A stretch of DNA of 61,189 bases from a virus: the IMG/VR virus record IMGVR_UViG_3300045454_000015, positions 1 to 61,189 of that record; one strand, 5' to 3'. The translations under genes and the position numbers were made by a program. Of the stretch, positions 22,039-31,000 are shown in pieces (positions within the stretch are counted from its first letter, which is position 1; every line of letters starts with the position of its first letter). The notes under the pieces are model-generated. The model worked only from the letters and a program-made list of their open reading frames with translations. It searched no databases and was not told the origin of the DNA.

Positions 22039-22989
22039 TCACACCTCCAGGAGAGGGCGGTACTTCGGGAGCCGGGTGCGCACCACGTCTTGAACGTGGT
22101 GGCGGTTGATGTCGCAGGCGCTGCGGTTGCCGTACAGCGGGGCGCGGCTCTTCAGGCAGGTCGTCTCGACATGGCCCCACCATCGGCCCGGGTCGCAGCC
22201 CGCTTTGAGCCCGCAGGCGCGGCGCTCGCGCTGCAGCCCGCCGAGCCCGCCGTTGTAGGCGGCGTCGGCCATGGCCAGGCGCTCCATGGGGTCGCCCACC
22301 ATGCGCAGGGCCTGCCAGTTGTCGCGGCTCATCAGCACCATCGAGCGCAGCTGGAGGTCGGGCCGGAGGTAGATCGTCTCCCAGGCCAGCTCCGACAGCG
22401 CGGGGTGGCGGGCGCGGATCTCGGCCAGCGCGTCGAAGCGCAGCCGGCCGTCAGGGTGCCACGCCCGGGTGAGTTGCCCCAGGCCGGCGCCCTCCTCCCT
22501 CGCGCTCTTCAGGCGGCTGGATGGGTTCCAGCAGCGCGAGTGGCGAAGGCTGATGCAGCTTTCGTGTTCGACCAGGGCGCCGAAGTAGGCCGGCGTCGGG
22601 TGGTCAGGCCACGTTCGCTCGATCTCGGCGCGCAGGGTGGGCAGGTGCTGGTGGGCCGCGGGCGGGATGTAGCTGCGCACGTCCTGGGCGCGCACCGCAT
22701 TGCCGAACAGGCCCAGCAATCCGTAGGCGACGATGGCCAGCGCCACAAGGGCCAGCCCAGCGCCGATCGGGTGCTCGCCCGCCTTGGCAAACAGCCGCCG
22801 GGCATCGGCTTCGGGGTAGTCGTGCATGGCCTTGCGGGCGTAGTGCACGAAGCCCACGGCGATCACAGGCACCACCAGGCTCAACAGCAGCATGCCGGTG
22901 GAGATGCCGCCATCCGGGTCGGTCGCCAGCAGAGTGCCCAGCACCAGGGCCGAACCCAGGCCCATGAAGACGTAGCGGAAGCGAATCAT
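22039..22989 (-). CDS. Membrane-anchored lytic transglycosylase (endolysin), 316 aa
   Basis: Three N-terminal hydrophobic helices are followed by SLT motifs: ALVEHES (catalytic Glu), GLGQLT and AAYNGG. Confidence 0.75.
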   Translation of the reverse strand: MIRFRYVFMGLGSALVLGTLLATDPDGGISTGMLLLSLVVPVIAVGFVHYARKAMHDYPEADARRLFAKAGEHPIGAGLALVALAIVAYGLLGLFGNAVRAQDVRSYIPPAAHQHLPTLRAEIERTWPDHPTPAYFGALVEHESCISLRHSRCWNPSSRLKSAREEGAGLGQLTRAWHPDGRLRFDALAEIRARHPALSELAWETIYLRPDLQLRSMVLMSRDNWQALRMVGDPMERLAMADAAYNGGLGGLQRERRACGLKAGCDPGRWWGHVETTCLKSRAPLYGNRSACDINRHHVQDVVRTRLPKYRPLLEV

Positions 22990-23282
22990 TGCCCTACTCC
23001 TTTCCTGTCCAGCCGGTCACTGATGCGCTCGACGTTGCGCTTGATCTCGCTCAGGCTCTCCCGGATCTGCTGCATGTTCTGCTGCGAGGTCTGATCCTGG
23101 TGGCGGTCGATCTGATCCTGGGTCTTGCGCTGCTCTTCCAGCACCACCACGCGCTTGTCCAGGGTGGACCAGGCGCCGAAGCCAGCCACCAGCATCACCA
23201 CCGCGGTCAGCAGGTGCCCGGCGTTAATCGTCGGGTCGAACTGCAGGCGGCGCTGCTTTGAGGTGTCGGCTGGGTCTGGCAT
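22986..23282 (-). CDS. TM plus coiled-coil protein of the lysis cassette, 98 aa
   Basis: Start at the internal ATG (MPDPADTS). The track start at 23336 is the TTG of the promoter motif. TM LLTAVVMLVAGFGAW. Confidence 0.5.
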   Translation of the reverse strand: MPDPADTSKQRRLQFDPTINAGHLLTAVVMLVAGFGAWSTLDKRVVVLEEQRKTQDQIDRHQDQTSQQNMQQIRESLSEIKRNVERISDRLDRKGVGQ

Positions 23283-23308
23283 GGTCGGCCTCGTCGGATG
23301 CTCATTGA

Positions 23309-23338
23309 ATGGTCGGTGAGGTTTCGCCGGGGTCAACG
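23309..23338 (-). promoter_or_regulatory. Late-promoter-like motif, copy 1 (CGTTGACCCCGG-...-GACCAT)
   Basis: Variant of the 12-mer, located between the tailspike stop and the lysis cassette. Confidence 0.45.
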
Positions 23339-24886
23339 TCAGAACGGCGTGGGCACCGGGCGGGTGTTGGTGGATTCCACGATGTAGGGTCCATCCCAGC
23401 CGGAAGGAATCCTGTTTGCGTTCACGCCGGTCGAGGTGGTAACGTTCCCGCCGCTTGCGTAGCGAATGCCACGAGCAGAAAGGTTTCGACCGCCAAGCTG
23501 CGTCTGATCGTTGAAGTTGCTAACTGGGGCGTTGCTGAAATAAGCGATGTTCTCGAAAGCAACGAATTCGGCGCCCTCTCTCGGGGACCCAGAGTCGTTA
23601 TTCTGAGGCGCAGCCCCGATGGTTCCGTTCGGCAGAGTTTGCCCAGCCCCACCCAGCAAACTGTCAGCGAATACGACCTTTGAAATCGGGTAAGGATATC
23701 TCTGACCGTTGGAAGCGTCACCTACACGAAGGTTGTTTGCCCCCCAATCAGCCGGTGTGTTCGTGAATGTGGACTCCAAACCACCAAATTTGACCAAACT
23801 GGTAGTAGTCCCCGTGCAGAGCAGATTGTTGTGCCGCCACACACTCTTGAAGTGTGTACCTCGAACCACATGGGCTCCACCAGTCGCGTTGTTTTTATTC
23901 AGCCGCACTCCTTGAACAATGGCCTGAGCTATCGTCAAGAAGAACACATAACTGTCACCTGAATTCCCGCCAATCTCACCGCAGTTCCACAGGGTTGTCC
24001 CGCGGGAGTAGCGAATATTGTTCAGCTCGTTGACGGTTCTCCCGCTGGAGTAACCGTTGTCAAAGTAGTATTCTTGTGCGGCGCCTTGCACCTGCCCAAG
24101 TGACCCATTAATCACTCCACAGAAGTCATGCCCCACTTGCCCGTCGTAAAAAGCGCGGCAGTCAATATTAAGCAGGCGTACATTAGCTGCCCGCTTAAGG
24201 TTCGGAGTGTTCACCCACAGGCGGTTGTCAGGGCGAAACCCTGAAACGATCGGATCGGCCCCAGTCCCTGTCTTGGATATGAGGATGTTATCCAGGCCGG
24301 AAGTGATGATGTCGCCAAGCGATCTGTAATCCCCCCCAGCCTGGAGGGCGTAGTGGGTCCCGCTGGCCCACGCAGGCCATGCACCGGCTCCAGTGGGAAT
24401 CACCACAGGCGCGGCAGGGGCGGTAGTCGTGACGCTGAACGACACTGAGCCTTCGTCACCTACCGCATTCCGGCAACGCACACGCACTTGCCGAGTACCA
24501 ACCTGCGTGATGACGCGACCGAACAGAGGGGGGCCTACATCTTGGTCGCGGGACAAGCCTGAATATGGCCAGGTGCCGCCGAGCGCTTCTCCGTAGTCAG
24601 CACGGTAGCCAATGTTGTGCCATGCGCCCGCTTCCGTGTCGCTGGACGTGTGGTCGCTGCGAGTCCCAGAAGCATCAATGTGCAAAATCAGCGGAGCTAC
24701 ACCAGAGATCGAAGTCACGCCGTCTTGTACGACTACGCTCTGCACAACACCGGAAGCGTCCGCATATGTCACAACCACATGAGCGGCGATGCCAGGCGGC
24801 GGCGGTGGCGGCGGCGGCGGGGGGGGGTCTGCACTGAAACCCGTGAGCTTCTTCGTCGCCAACAGGGCGTGAATGATCTGCTGCAT
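23339..24886 (-). CDS. Tailspike / putative depolymerase with poly-Pro linker, 515 aa
   Basis: Start MQQIIHALL overlaps the upstream stop. An 11-Pro linker is followed by a C-terminal part rich in N/G/T beta-helix-like repeats, with clearly lower GC. Confidence 0.5.
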   Translation of the reverse strand: MQQIIHALLATKKLTGFSADPPPPPPPPPPPGIAAHVVVTYADASGVVQSVVVQDGVTSISGVAPLILHIDASGTRSDHTSSDTEAGAWHNIGYRADYGEALGGTWPYSGLSRDQDVGPPLFGRVITQVGTRQVRVRCRNAVGDEGSVSFSVTTTAPAAPVVIPTGAGAWPAWASGTHYALQAGGDYRSLGDIITSGLDNILISKTGTGADPIVSGFRPDNRLWVNTPNLKRAANVRLLNIDCRAFYDGQVGHDFCGVINGSLGQVQGAAQEYYFDNGYSSGRTVNELNNIRYSRGTTLWNCGEIGGNSGDSYVFFLTIAQAIVQGVRLNKNNATGGAHVVRGTHFKSVWRHNNLLCTGTTTSLVKFGGLESTFTNTPADWGANNLRVGDASNGQRYPYPISKVVFADSLLGGAGQTLPNGTIGAAPQNNDSGSPREGAEFVAFENIAYFSNAPVSNFNDQTQLGGRNLSARGIRYASGGNVTTSTGVNANRIPSGWDGPYIVESTNTRPVPTPF

Positions 24887-25506
24887 CAGTCGAACCTCAA
24901 CACCAGCTCGGGCCGGAAACCGTTGGTTCCTGCGTTGGTGTGGTAGCTCGAATACTGGCCGTCTCCGCGGAGTTGGATGCCATTGGCCGGGGCTGCGCCA
25001 GCCTGCCTCCAAGCCTCCACCACAGCAGGATCTAGCTCAATCTCGATCCACACGCCGTTCGATGCCGGCGTGCTCTGCGACCCAATGGTCGATGCGGAGC
25101 GGTCGCCGCTACCAGTACCGCCGGGCGTTGTCCAAGCCAGGGAGCCACCGATGTCGTAATGGGTCCACGAGATCGTTTGCCAGGCCCTCAGGTTCTCGTG
25201 CACGTTGACCACAGAAGCGCCGAACTGCTCGAACATATAGATGCGGAACGTCGCCCCAGTAATCGGGTTCGGGATGCTTGAGGTGTTGAAGTTAGCGGAG
25301 GGGCGCCACAGCATCGTGTCGCTGTTGACGCCAGGCTCCCAGGTACCTCCGGCAACATTGGACCCGCCGGAAGACCGCATGCCTTCGTTCTGGACGGTGT
25401 TGAAATCGGCGCCGGTGTTTGCGCTGAAAACGATCTGCGACCCACCGCCGCCGCCTGGCTGCCTGCGGCGCGTCACCGCGCCGGCCGTGATGAGGAAGGG
25501 CCTCAT
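24886..25506 (-). CDS. Tail-fibre-associated beta-sandwich-like protein, 206 aa
   Basis: Track ORF with ATGA overlap with the fibre gene. The ending ...GFRPELVLRFD recalls DNRLRE-type domains only weakly. Confidence 0.45.
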   Translation of the reverse strand: MRPFLITAGAVTRRRQPGGGGGSQIVFSANTGADFNTVQNEGMRSSGGSNVAGGTWEPGVNSDTMLWRPSANFNTSSIPNPITGATFRIYMFEQFGASVVNVHENLRAWQTISWTHYDIGGSLAWTTPGGTGSGDRSASTIGSQSTPASNGVWIEIELDPAVVEAWRQAGAAPANGIQLRGDGQYSSYHTNAGTNGFRPELVLRFD

Positions 25507-27842
25507 GCGTAGCTCCAGGTGTTGGCGATGCCGGTGTGGTTCAGCACGATGGTGTCGTTCTGGGCCAAGCCGGATCGAGGGCTGCCTAGGATGGTTGCGC
25601 CACTGCCCGTGAAGGTCGGCACGCCGGTGCCTTGAATGAAGACCGCAAGGGTGGCTTTGCCCGGAGTCACGCCCAGCGTGGAATCGCTGGGCACCGTCAG
25701 GGCGGCAGTGCTGCCGGAGTTGAAGCGCACCGTGACGTTCACGTCCGCAGTGCCCAGCGTGGCGGCTCCGGTGATTTCCCGAGTCGCACCCTGGGCGGGG
25801 AGGCTGTCCAGCTTGGTCTTATCAGCGGCGCTCAGGAAGCCGGCCACCGAGGTCGTCGCGTTGGCGTGGGCCGTCCCGCCTGACCCCACATGCGACTGGG
25901 CCGCCACGTCAGTACCAACCACCAGGCCGAGCAGGGTACGCATGGCTGCGTAGTCGGCCGCCGTCAGGATGGCGCGCCCGTTGGCTGTCGAGTCGCTGAT
26001 GTCGGCCGCCGTCAGTTCGCCGATGGAGCCCACACCAAGGAAGGCATTCGTGCCCACCGGGATCAGGTTCAGCGAGCCCAGTCCCTGGCTGAGCACCAGG
26101 GCGCTCGATCCGCCGTTGACCGTCACGCCGGTCAGGTTGACCGTGATCGTGCCGGCGGATGCGGCCCAGGCCAGCACCACCCCTCGGCCGTTGAAATCCG
26201 TATTGACGGTGACCGAGATTGCGCCGGTGTTGGTGAACACCAGGATCTTGCCGTTGTCGCCAGCAGTCAGTGTGCGGCTTGTGCCGCTCACCACTTCGAT
26301 GACCGGGATCAGGCCAGCTTTGGCATTCAGGGCGGCCTGCAGGTCGGTCTGGTCAGAAAGCGTGCCAGTGATGGAGCCCCAGGAACCACCACCCGCAGAT
26401 CCGCCCCACCACACCGCCGAGCCGGTGCTGGCGTTTGTGCAGAAATAGACGCGGTTGGCCACGGTGTCCACCCACATCGAGCCCACCGCATAGCCCTGAG
26501 TGTTGTCGTTGCCTGTCCCGGGCGCGGTGGCCGCAACGAGGTTGTTCCGCGCGCCCCCATCACCAGCCAGGATGTAGACCGATCCTGTGTAGTGGAACAT
26601 CAGCAGCAGCTGACCACCAGCGGGAACGGTAACTGTCGTGATGTTGGCCTGCCTGGCCAAAGAGAAGCTGCTCGGGATCGTCACCACGCGGTCTGCGCCG
26701 CTGGCGTTCGCTACCCTGAGCATGAACCAGGCATTCGTGCTCGGGACAGCGCTGAAGGTCAAGGTGGTATCTGCGCTGATCTCTTTGAAGTTCAGCCTGC
26801 GGGTAACGTCGATCGCCGTGCCGCCCCCCATGACAAACGGCGCCGTGACATCCACCCCCGACACCGTGACGGGTCCAGTGAAGACAGGAGAGGCAGAGTT
26901 CGCCTTGGCATCCAGCGCCGCCTGCAGGCCGGTCACGGTGCTGATGGCTTGGCTTCCCGTGTGGGTCGCCCGGTCCCTGAGCTGCGCATCTGTGGCATTC
27001 GCCGTCGCGCCGGTGGCGATGCCGTCCAGCTTGGTCTTGTCGCCGCTGGACATGAAACCCGCCACACTGGTGGTGGCGTTTGCGTGCAGCGAGCCGCCGG
27101 CCTGGTTGCCGTGGGCGTGCACGTGATCGGCGCGGGCAGCCGAGGCCGCCACCCCTACATCCGCCGCCCCCACCGCCGCCGGGGTGGTGCTGGCCAGCGG
27201 GGTCGCCGTGGCGCCGGTGGCCACGCCATCAAGCTTGGTCTTGTCGGCTGCCGACATGAAGCCAGCCGCCGAAGTGCTGGCGTTGCTGTGGCCGTGGCTG
27301 GTGTCGGACTTGCCGGCCAGGGCGGACGCCAAGTCGGCCTGGTTACCGATCAACCCTCCGATCTCGCCCCAGTTCGCCCCGCCACCGCCGCCGCCGCCAG
27401 TGGCTCCGAGCGTGATCTGCTCGGCCACGTCGTTGGGCGTCTTGGTGACGTTGGCGCCGGGCTGGATGATCTCGCGGACCTTGAGATAGATCGCGGTGTT
27501 CAGCCCCGTGATGTCGCCCGGCACGTGGGTGTGCACGACTGGCGCCTTGCCGTCCAGCGCGGCCTGCAGCCCGTCCACAGTCGAAATCGCTTGCGTGCCG
27601 GTGTGCGTGGCCCGGTCGCGTAGCTGCGCGTCAGAGGCGTTGGCGGTCGCCCCGGCCTGGATGCCGTCGAGCTTGGCCTTGTCTGCCGTGGACATGGCGC
27701 CTTGGGCGCTCGGCGTGGCCGGCGGCAGGGCGCGGGCCACGTCTACAGACGCCATCCGCTTGGTGATACCGCCCTGGACGACAGGCAGCTCCTCCGAGCC
27801 GCTCGGCGGGTCGGCAGGAGGCAGGTTGGAAATCTCCGGCAT
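25503..27842 (-). CDS. Tail fibre with repeated SxADKxKLDG modules, 779 aa
   Basis: Four copies of (G)F(M/L)SAADKTKLDG..., two of them extended to about 50 aa (..GATANA.DAQLRDRATHTG.QAISTV.GLQAALD.KA). Gly-rich spacers. Confidence 0.7.
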   Translation of the reverse strand: MPEISNLPPADPPSGSEELPVVQGGITKRMASVDVARALPPATPSAQGAMSTADKAKLDGIQAGATANASDAQLRDRATHTGTQAISTVDGLQAALDGKAPVVHTHVPGDITGLNTAIYLKVREIIQPGANVTKTPNDVAEQITLGATGGGGGGGANWGEIGGLIGNQADLASALAGKSDTSHGHSNASTSAAGFMSAADKTKLDGVATGATATPLASTTPAAVGAADVGVAASAARADHVHAHGNQAGGSLHANATTSVAGFMSSGDKTKLDGIATGATANATDAQLRDRATHTGSQAISTVTGLQAALDAKANSASPVFTGPVTVSGVDVTAPFVMGGGTAIDVTRRLNFKEISADTTLTFSAVPSTNAWFMLRVANASGADRVVTIPSSFSLARQANITTVTVPAGGQLLLMFHYTGSVYILAGDGGARNNLVAATAPGTGNDNTQGYAVGSMWVDTVANRVYFCTNASTGSAVWWGGSAGGGSWGSITGTLSDQTDLQAALNAKAGLIPVIEVVSGTSRTLTAGDNGKILVFTNTGAISVTVNTDFNGRGVVLAWAASAGTITVNLTGVTVNGGSSALVLSQGLGSLNLIPVGTNAFLGVGSIGELTAADISDSTANGRAILTAADYAAMRTLLGLVVGTDVAAQSHVGSGGTAHANATTSVAGFLSAADKTKLDSLPAQGATREITGAATLGTADVNVTVRFNSGSTAALTVPSDSTLGVTPGKATLAVFIQGTGVPTFTGSGATILGSPRSGLAQNDTIVLNHTGIANTWSYA

Positions 27843-27886
27843 ATCGGCCCTCGTTGATGCGTGGGCAGCCGGTGGGGACTGCCGAA

Positions 27887-27916
27887 AGCATCACACGGGG
27901 CGGGCCGGAGTCAACG
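27887..27916 (-). promoter_or_regulatory. Late-promoter-like motif, copy 2 (CGTTGACTCCGG-...-TGtGATGCT)
   Basis: Lies between the giant gene and the tail-fibre gene. An extended -10-like TG is present. Confidence 0.5.
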
Positions 27917-28030
27917 AGGCATAGCGGCCAGGAGAAGGGCGATGAGGATTGCCCCGACAACGGCCCCGGGGAGCCCGAACTCCCACACCAGGGCGGCGAA
28001 GCCGAAAACGATGGAGGCCACCGCGATCAC
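27911..28030 (-). CDS. Small hydrophobic protein, 39 aa (below the track cutoff)
   Basis: Hand translation gives (V)IAVASIVFGFAALVWEFGLPGAVVGAILIALLLAAMPR. GTG in a GTGA overlap with the giant gene stop. High GC3. Confidence 0.45.
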   Translation of the reverse strand: MIAVASIVFGFAALVWEFGLPGAVVGAILIALLLAAMPR

Positions 28031-31000
28031 TGCAAAGCCTCCCGGATGCCAGGGCGCAAGTGACGCGGCGCGCTTTCTTCCATGCGCTGGGCTCTCGGCT
28101 TGCGCATCTCCCGCACGCGCTTGAGGATGCCCGGCATGTTCACGCGGATGGGCATTTCGGGGTTCTTGGCGTTCCAGTCGGCCAAGCGGTCACGCGCATC
28201 CTGTACCCGCTGCGCATCCCCCTCGAACAGGCCTTTGGCCCAGTCCTCGCGGATGCGCTTGCTAACAGCGTCGTATTGGGCTTGCGCCTCGTACTGGGCT
28301 TGGGCTGCACGTGATTCACGGGCCACGCCAGCGGGTTGCAGTCCCAAGCCCTTGAGCACGGCATCCACCGCGTCAACGTCAGCCACCTTGTAGTCACGCG
28401 AGTTGCGGTACATGCCCGTCTGGTACATATCCAGGGCCTTGGCGGCATTGCGCAGTGCGATCGGCCTCACTTCGCCCTTGAGAGCATCCCGCACGAAGCT
28501 GCCGGCCACCCCGAAGGTTTCCAGCACCTCGTCTTCCTTGCGGCTTTCGCTGGCCTTGAGCACACCCGTGCCGGGCAGGAGGTTGCCGAGGCCGAGGCGG
28601 GCGGACACGTCGAGTGGCACACCCGGGAGTGTACTGAAACCGTGCTGCAAAAAGTCAGCCGCGCCCTGCCCCAGCGTGCGCGCCACCATCGCGTTCATGG
28701 CCTGCTTGGTGCTGAACTGGTAGCCCATGCCCTGGGCGATGCTGTCGAGCACGTCCTGCAGGTCTTCCGCGAACGGCAGGCCCTGGGAGCCGGCCGCGAC
28801 GACCAGGATGGCCAGGGCCAGGGCGCGCTCCTTGGGCGGCAGCCGCTTCAGGAACTCCACGTACTGGATGCTGAAGGTCTTGAAGGTGAACAGCGTCGCG
28901 CCCACCGCGCCGCGGCTCCAATCGGGTCGGTTTCCGCGGTTAAAGACAGACTGCGTCTCGTCGACCGCGTCCTCGGCGAACTTGAAGGGGTCGGCCATGC
29001 CCTGCTCGCGCGCCGTGTTGTAGGCGGCGATGAAGGCCACCCGGCGGTTGAACACCTCGGCCATCTGGAACATGGAGCCCCAGGCCGACAGCAGCGAGCG
29101 CACATACAGGTTCGAGCCCAGCGACCGGCTGGCCTCGGCCTGAAGCTGGAACACCTCCTGCGGCTTGATGACGCCGTCCTTCTCGGCGCGCGACAGGGCC
29201 GCGGCCAGTTCGGCGTCGTCCACCTTCTTGGCCAGCGCCATCTTCATGGCTGCCGTCACCCGGGAGCCGGCCTTGGCCGGGCCACCGAACTGGCTCAGAT
29301 AGGGGAAGGTCTGCGCGAAGGTCTGCGTCAGGTTGACCATCGCCGACGCGATGGAGCCACCGATGTACTGCACGAACAGCAGCGACCGGATGCCCTGCGC
29401 TTCCTCCTTCGGGTCGTTGACGTAGTCGGCCAGCGCGCGGGCCTCGTCCTGCACGTCGCCCTGGCGGATGTTCTCGACCGCGTCGCTGATCCGCTGCGAG
29501 TGCAGTGCGCGCGACGCGGCGCGGGCGTTGCTGGTGATGAAGGCGGCCAGCACGCGCGAGCCGTCGTCGTCGAAGCCCTCGATGCCCTTGCGGCGGATGT
29601 GACGCTTCAGGGCCGACTGCTCGGCCACGGCGTTCTGCAGCCACTTCTGCATCGCCTCGTTCTTCTCGACGCCGAGCATCTCGGCGAACAGCATGGCCGT
29701 CTCCGGCGACACGCCCTTCAGGGCCTCGAACTGCTTCTGAGGCATGACGCTCTGCGACACCTGCAGCCCGCTCTCGCGGAACTTGCGCGCCGCCTTGTTG
29801 GCCTCGGCCTGGCTCTCGTACAGGCCGAAGTAGACGCGCTGGCCTTCGCCGTCGATCACGTCCACGGCGTAGGGGCCGAAGCGCATCAGCGGGGCGTAGC
29901 CGGCCGCCTTGAGGTCGGCGATGCGGTTGACCTTCTCGGCGATGGTGGCCTGCAGCTTGCGCAGGTCTTGCCGGCGCTGCATCAGGTCCGGCGTGTGCTG
30001 GTTCGGCTGGCCGTCGAGGGCCTTCTGCACCGCCTCCAGCCGGCGCTCGACGGCCTCCTTGACGGCCCGCACCGCGTCGCCCGGGGTGTCCGACGAGGCG
30101 GCGCGGCGCAGCGCGTCCAGCATCGTCTCGTAGTCGGTCGGGTTGGCCGACACCATTTCCGGTGCCATGACGCTGACCTGCCGGTACAGGTCGGCCGCGA
30201 GCATGTTGTCCAGGCTCTGGTCGATGGCTGCCCGGCTCTGGCGGTACATCTTGATCGCGCGCTCGCTCATGCCGCGCTGACGGAGCTCGTCGTCTGTCCA
30301 GACGATCCCGCCAGGCTCGGCGCTGTCCGGGTCCACCGGCACGGCGCGGCCGTCCTCGTCGCGGGTGTAGCGCAGCGTGCCGTCGAACAGCGCATCGGAC
30401 GCGGCCTTGATGTCGGCCTTGCGCTGCTTGTAGGCCGCCGGGCTGGCCAGCGTCGGGGCGAGCTTGGCCAGGTCGGAAAGAGTTTCCACCTGGGGCAGCA
30501 TGTCCGGGGCCATCTCCGCGGCCACCGTCGCCATGCGGCTCACGTCCTTCATGAAGTCCTGCACCGCGTAGTAGGCGCGGCCGAACTCCTTGTTGATCTT
30601 GGCCTTGTGGAACTGCGTGCCGATGGTGCGGTGCCACACGCGGTTGAAGCCGCGCTGGGAGGTCGTGCGGTCGGTCAGCCAGTCCTGCACCCCCTGGGGG
30701 ATGGTGTCGCGCAGCACGGCGCGGCTGAAGCGCGTCGGGCCTACTCCTCCGCCTTCACCTTCTTGCGCGCGGCCTGCAGCCTGGCCTTGTGCGCGGGCGT
30801 CATATCCTTCACGCGCGCCTCGACTTCCTTGCGCACCTTGGCGCGGTGCTCGGCGGTCTGCCGCTGCGAAGGTTTGCCAGTTGAGGATGCCATCGTAGGC
30901 CCCTTCCACGTTCTGTTGCGGGATGCCCATGCGCTCCCAGAAGCCTCGGGCCTCGGGGACGATGTTGCTGATGTTGAGGTCGGCGGTCGGGTTGGCGGCC

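Noticed and set aside
22986-23336. The track start at 23336 for the first lysis-cassette gene.
   Set aside because: That start codon is the TTG of the TTGACC promoter-like hexamer. The internal ATG at 23282 has an upstream GAGG and leaves the promoter motif intergenic.
25503-27842. Diversity-generating retroelement (template/variable repeat pair) acting on the tail fibre.
   Set aside because: The repeated segments are in-frame protein modules within one gene. No reverse transcriptase ORF exists anywhere in the 61 kb. The differences are not adenine-specific as far as I can see.
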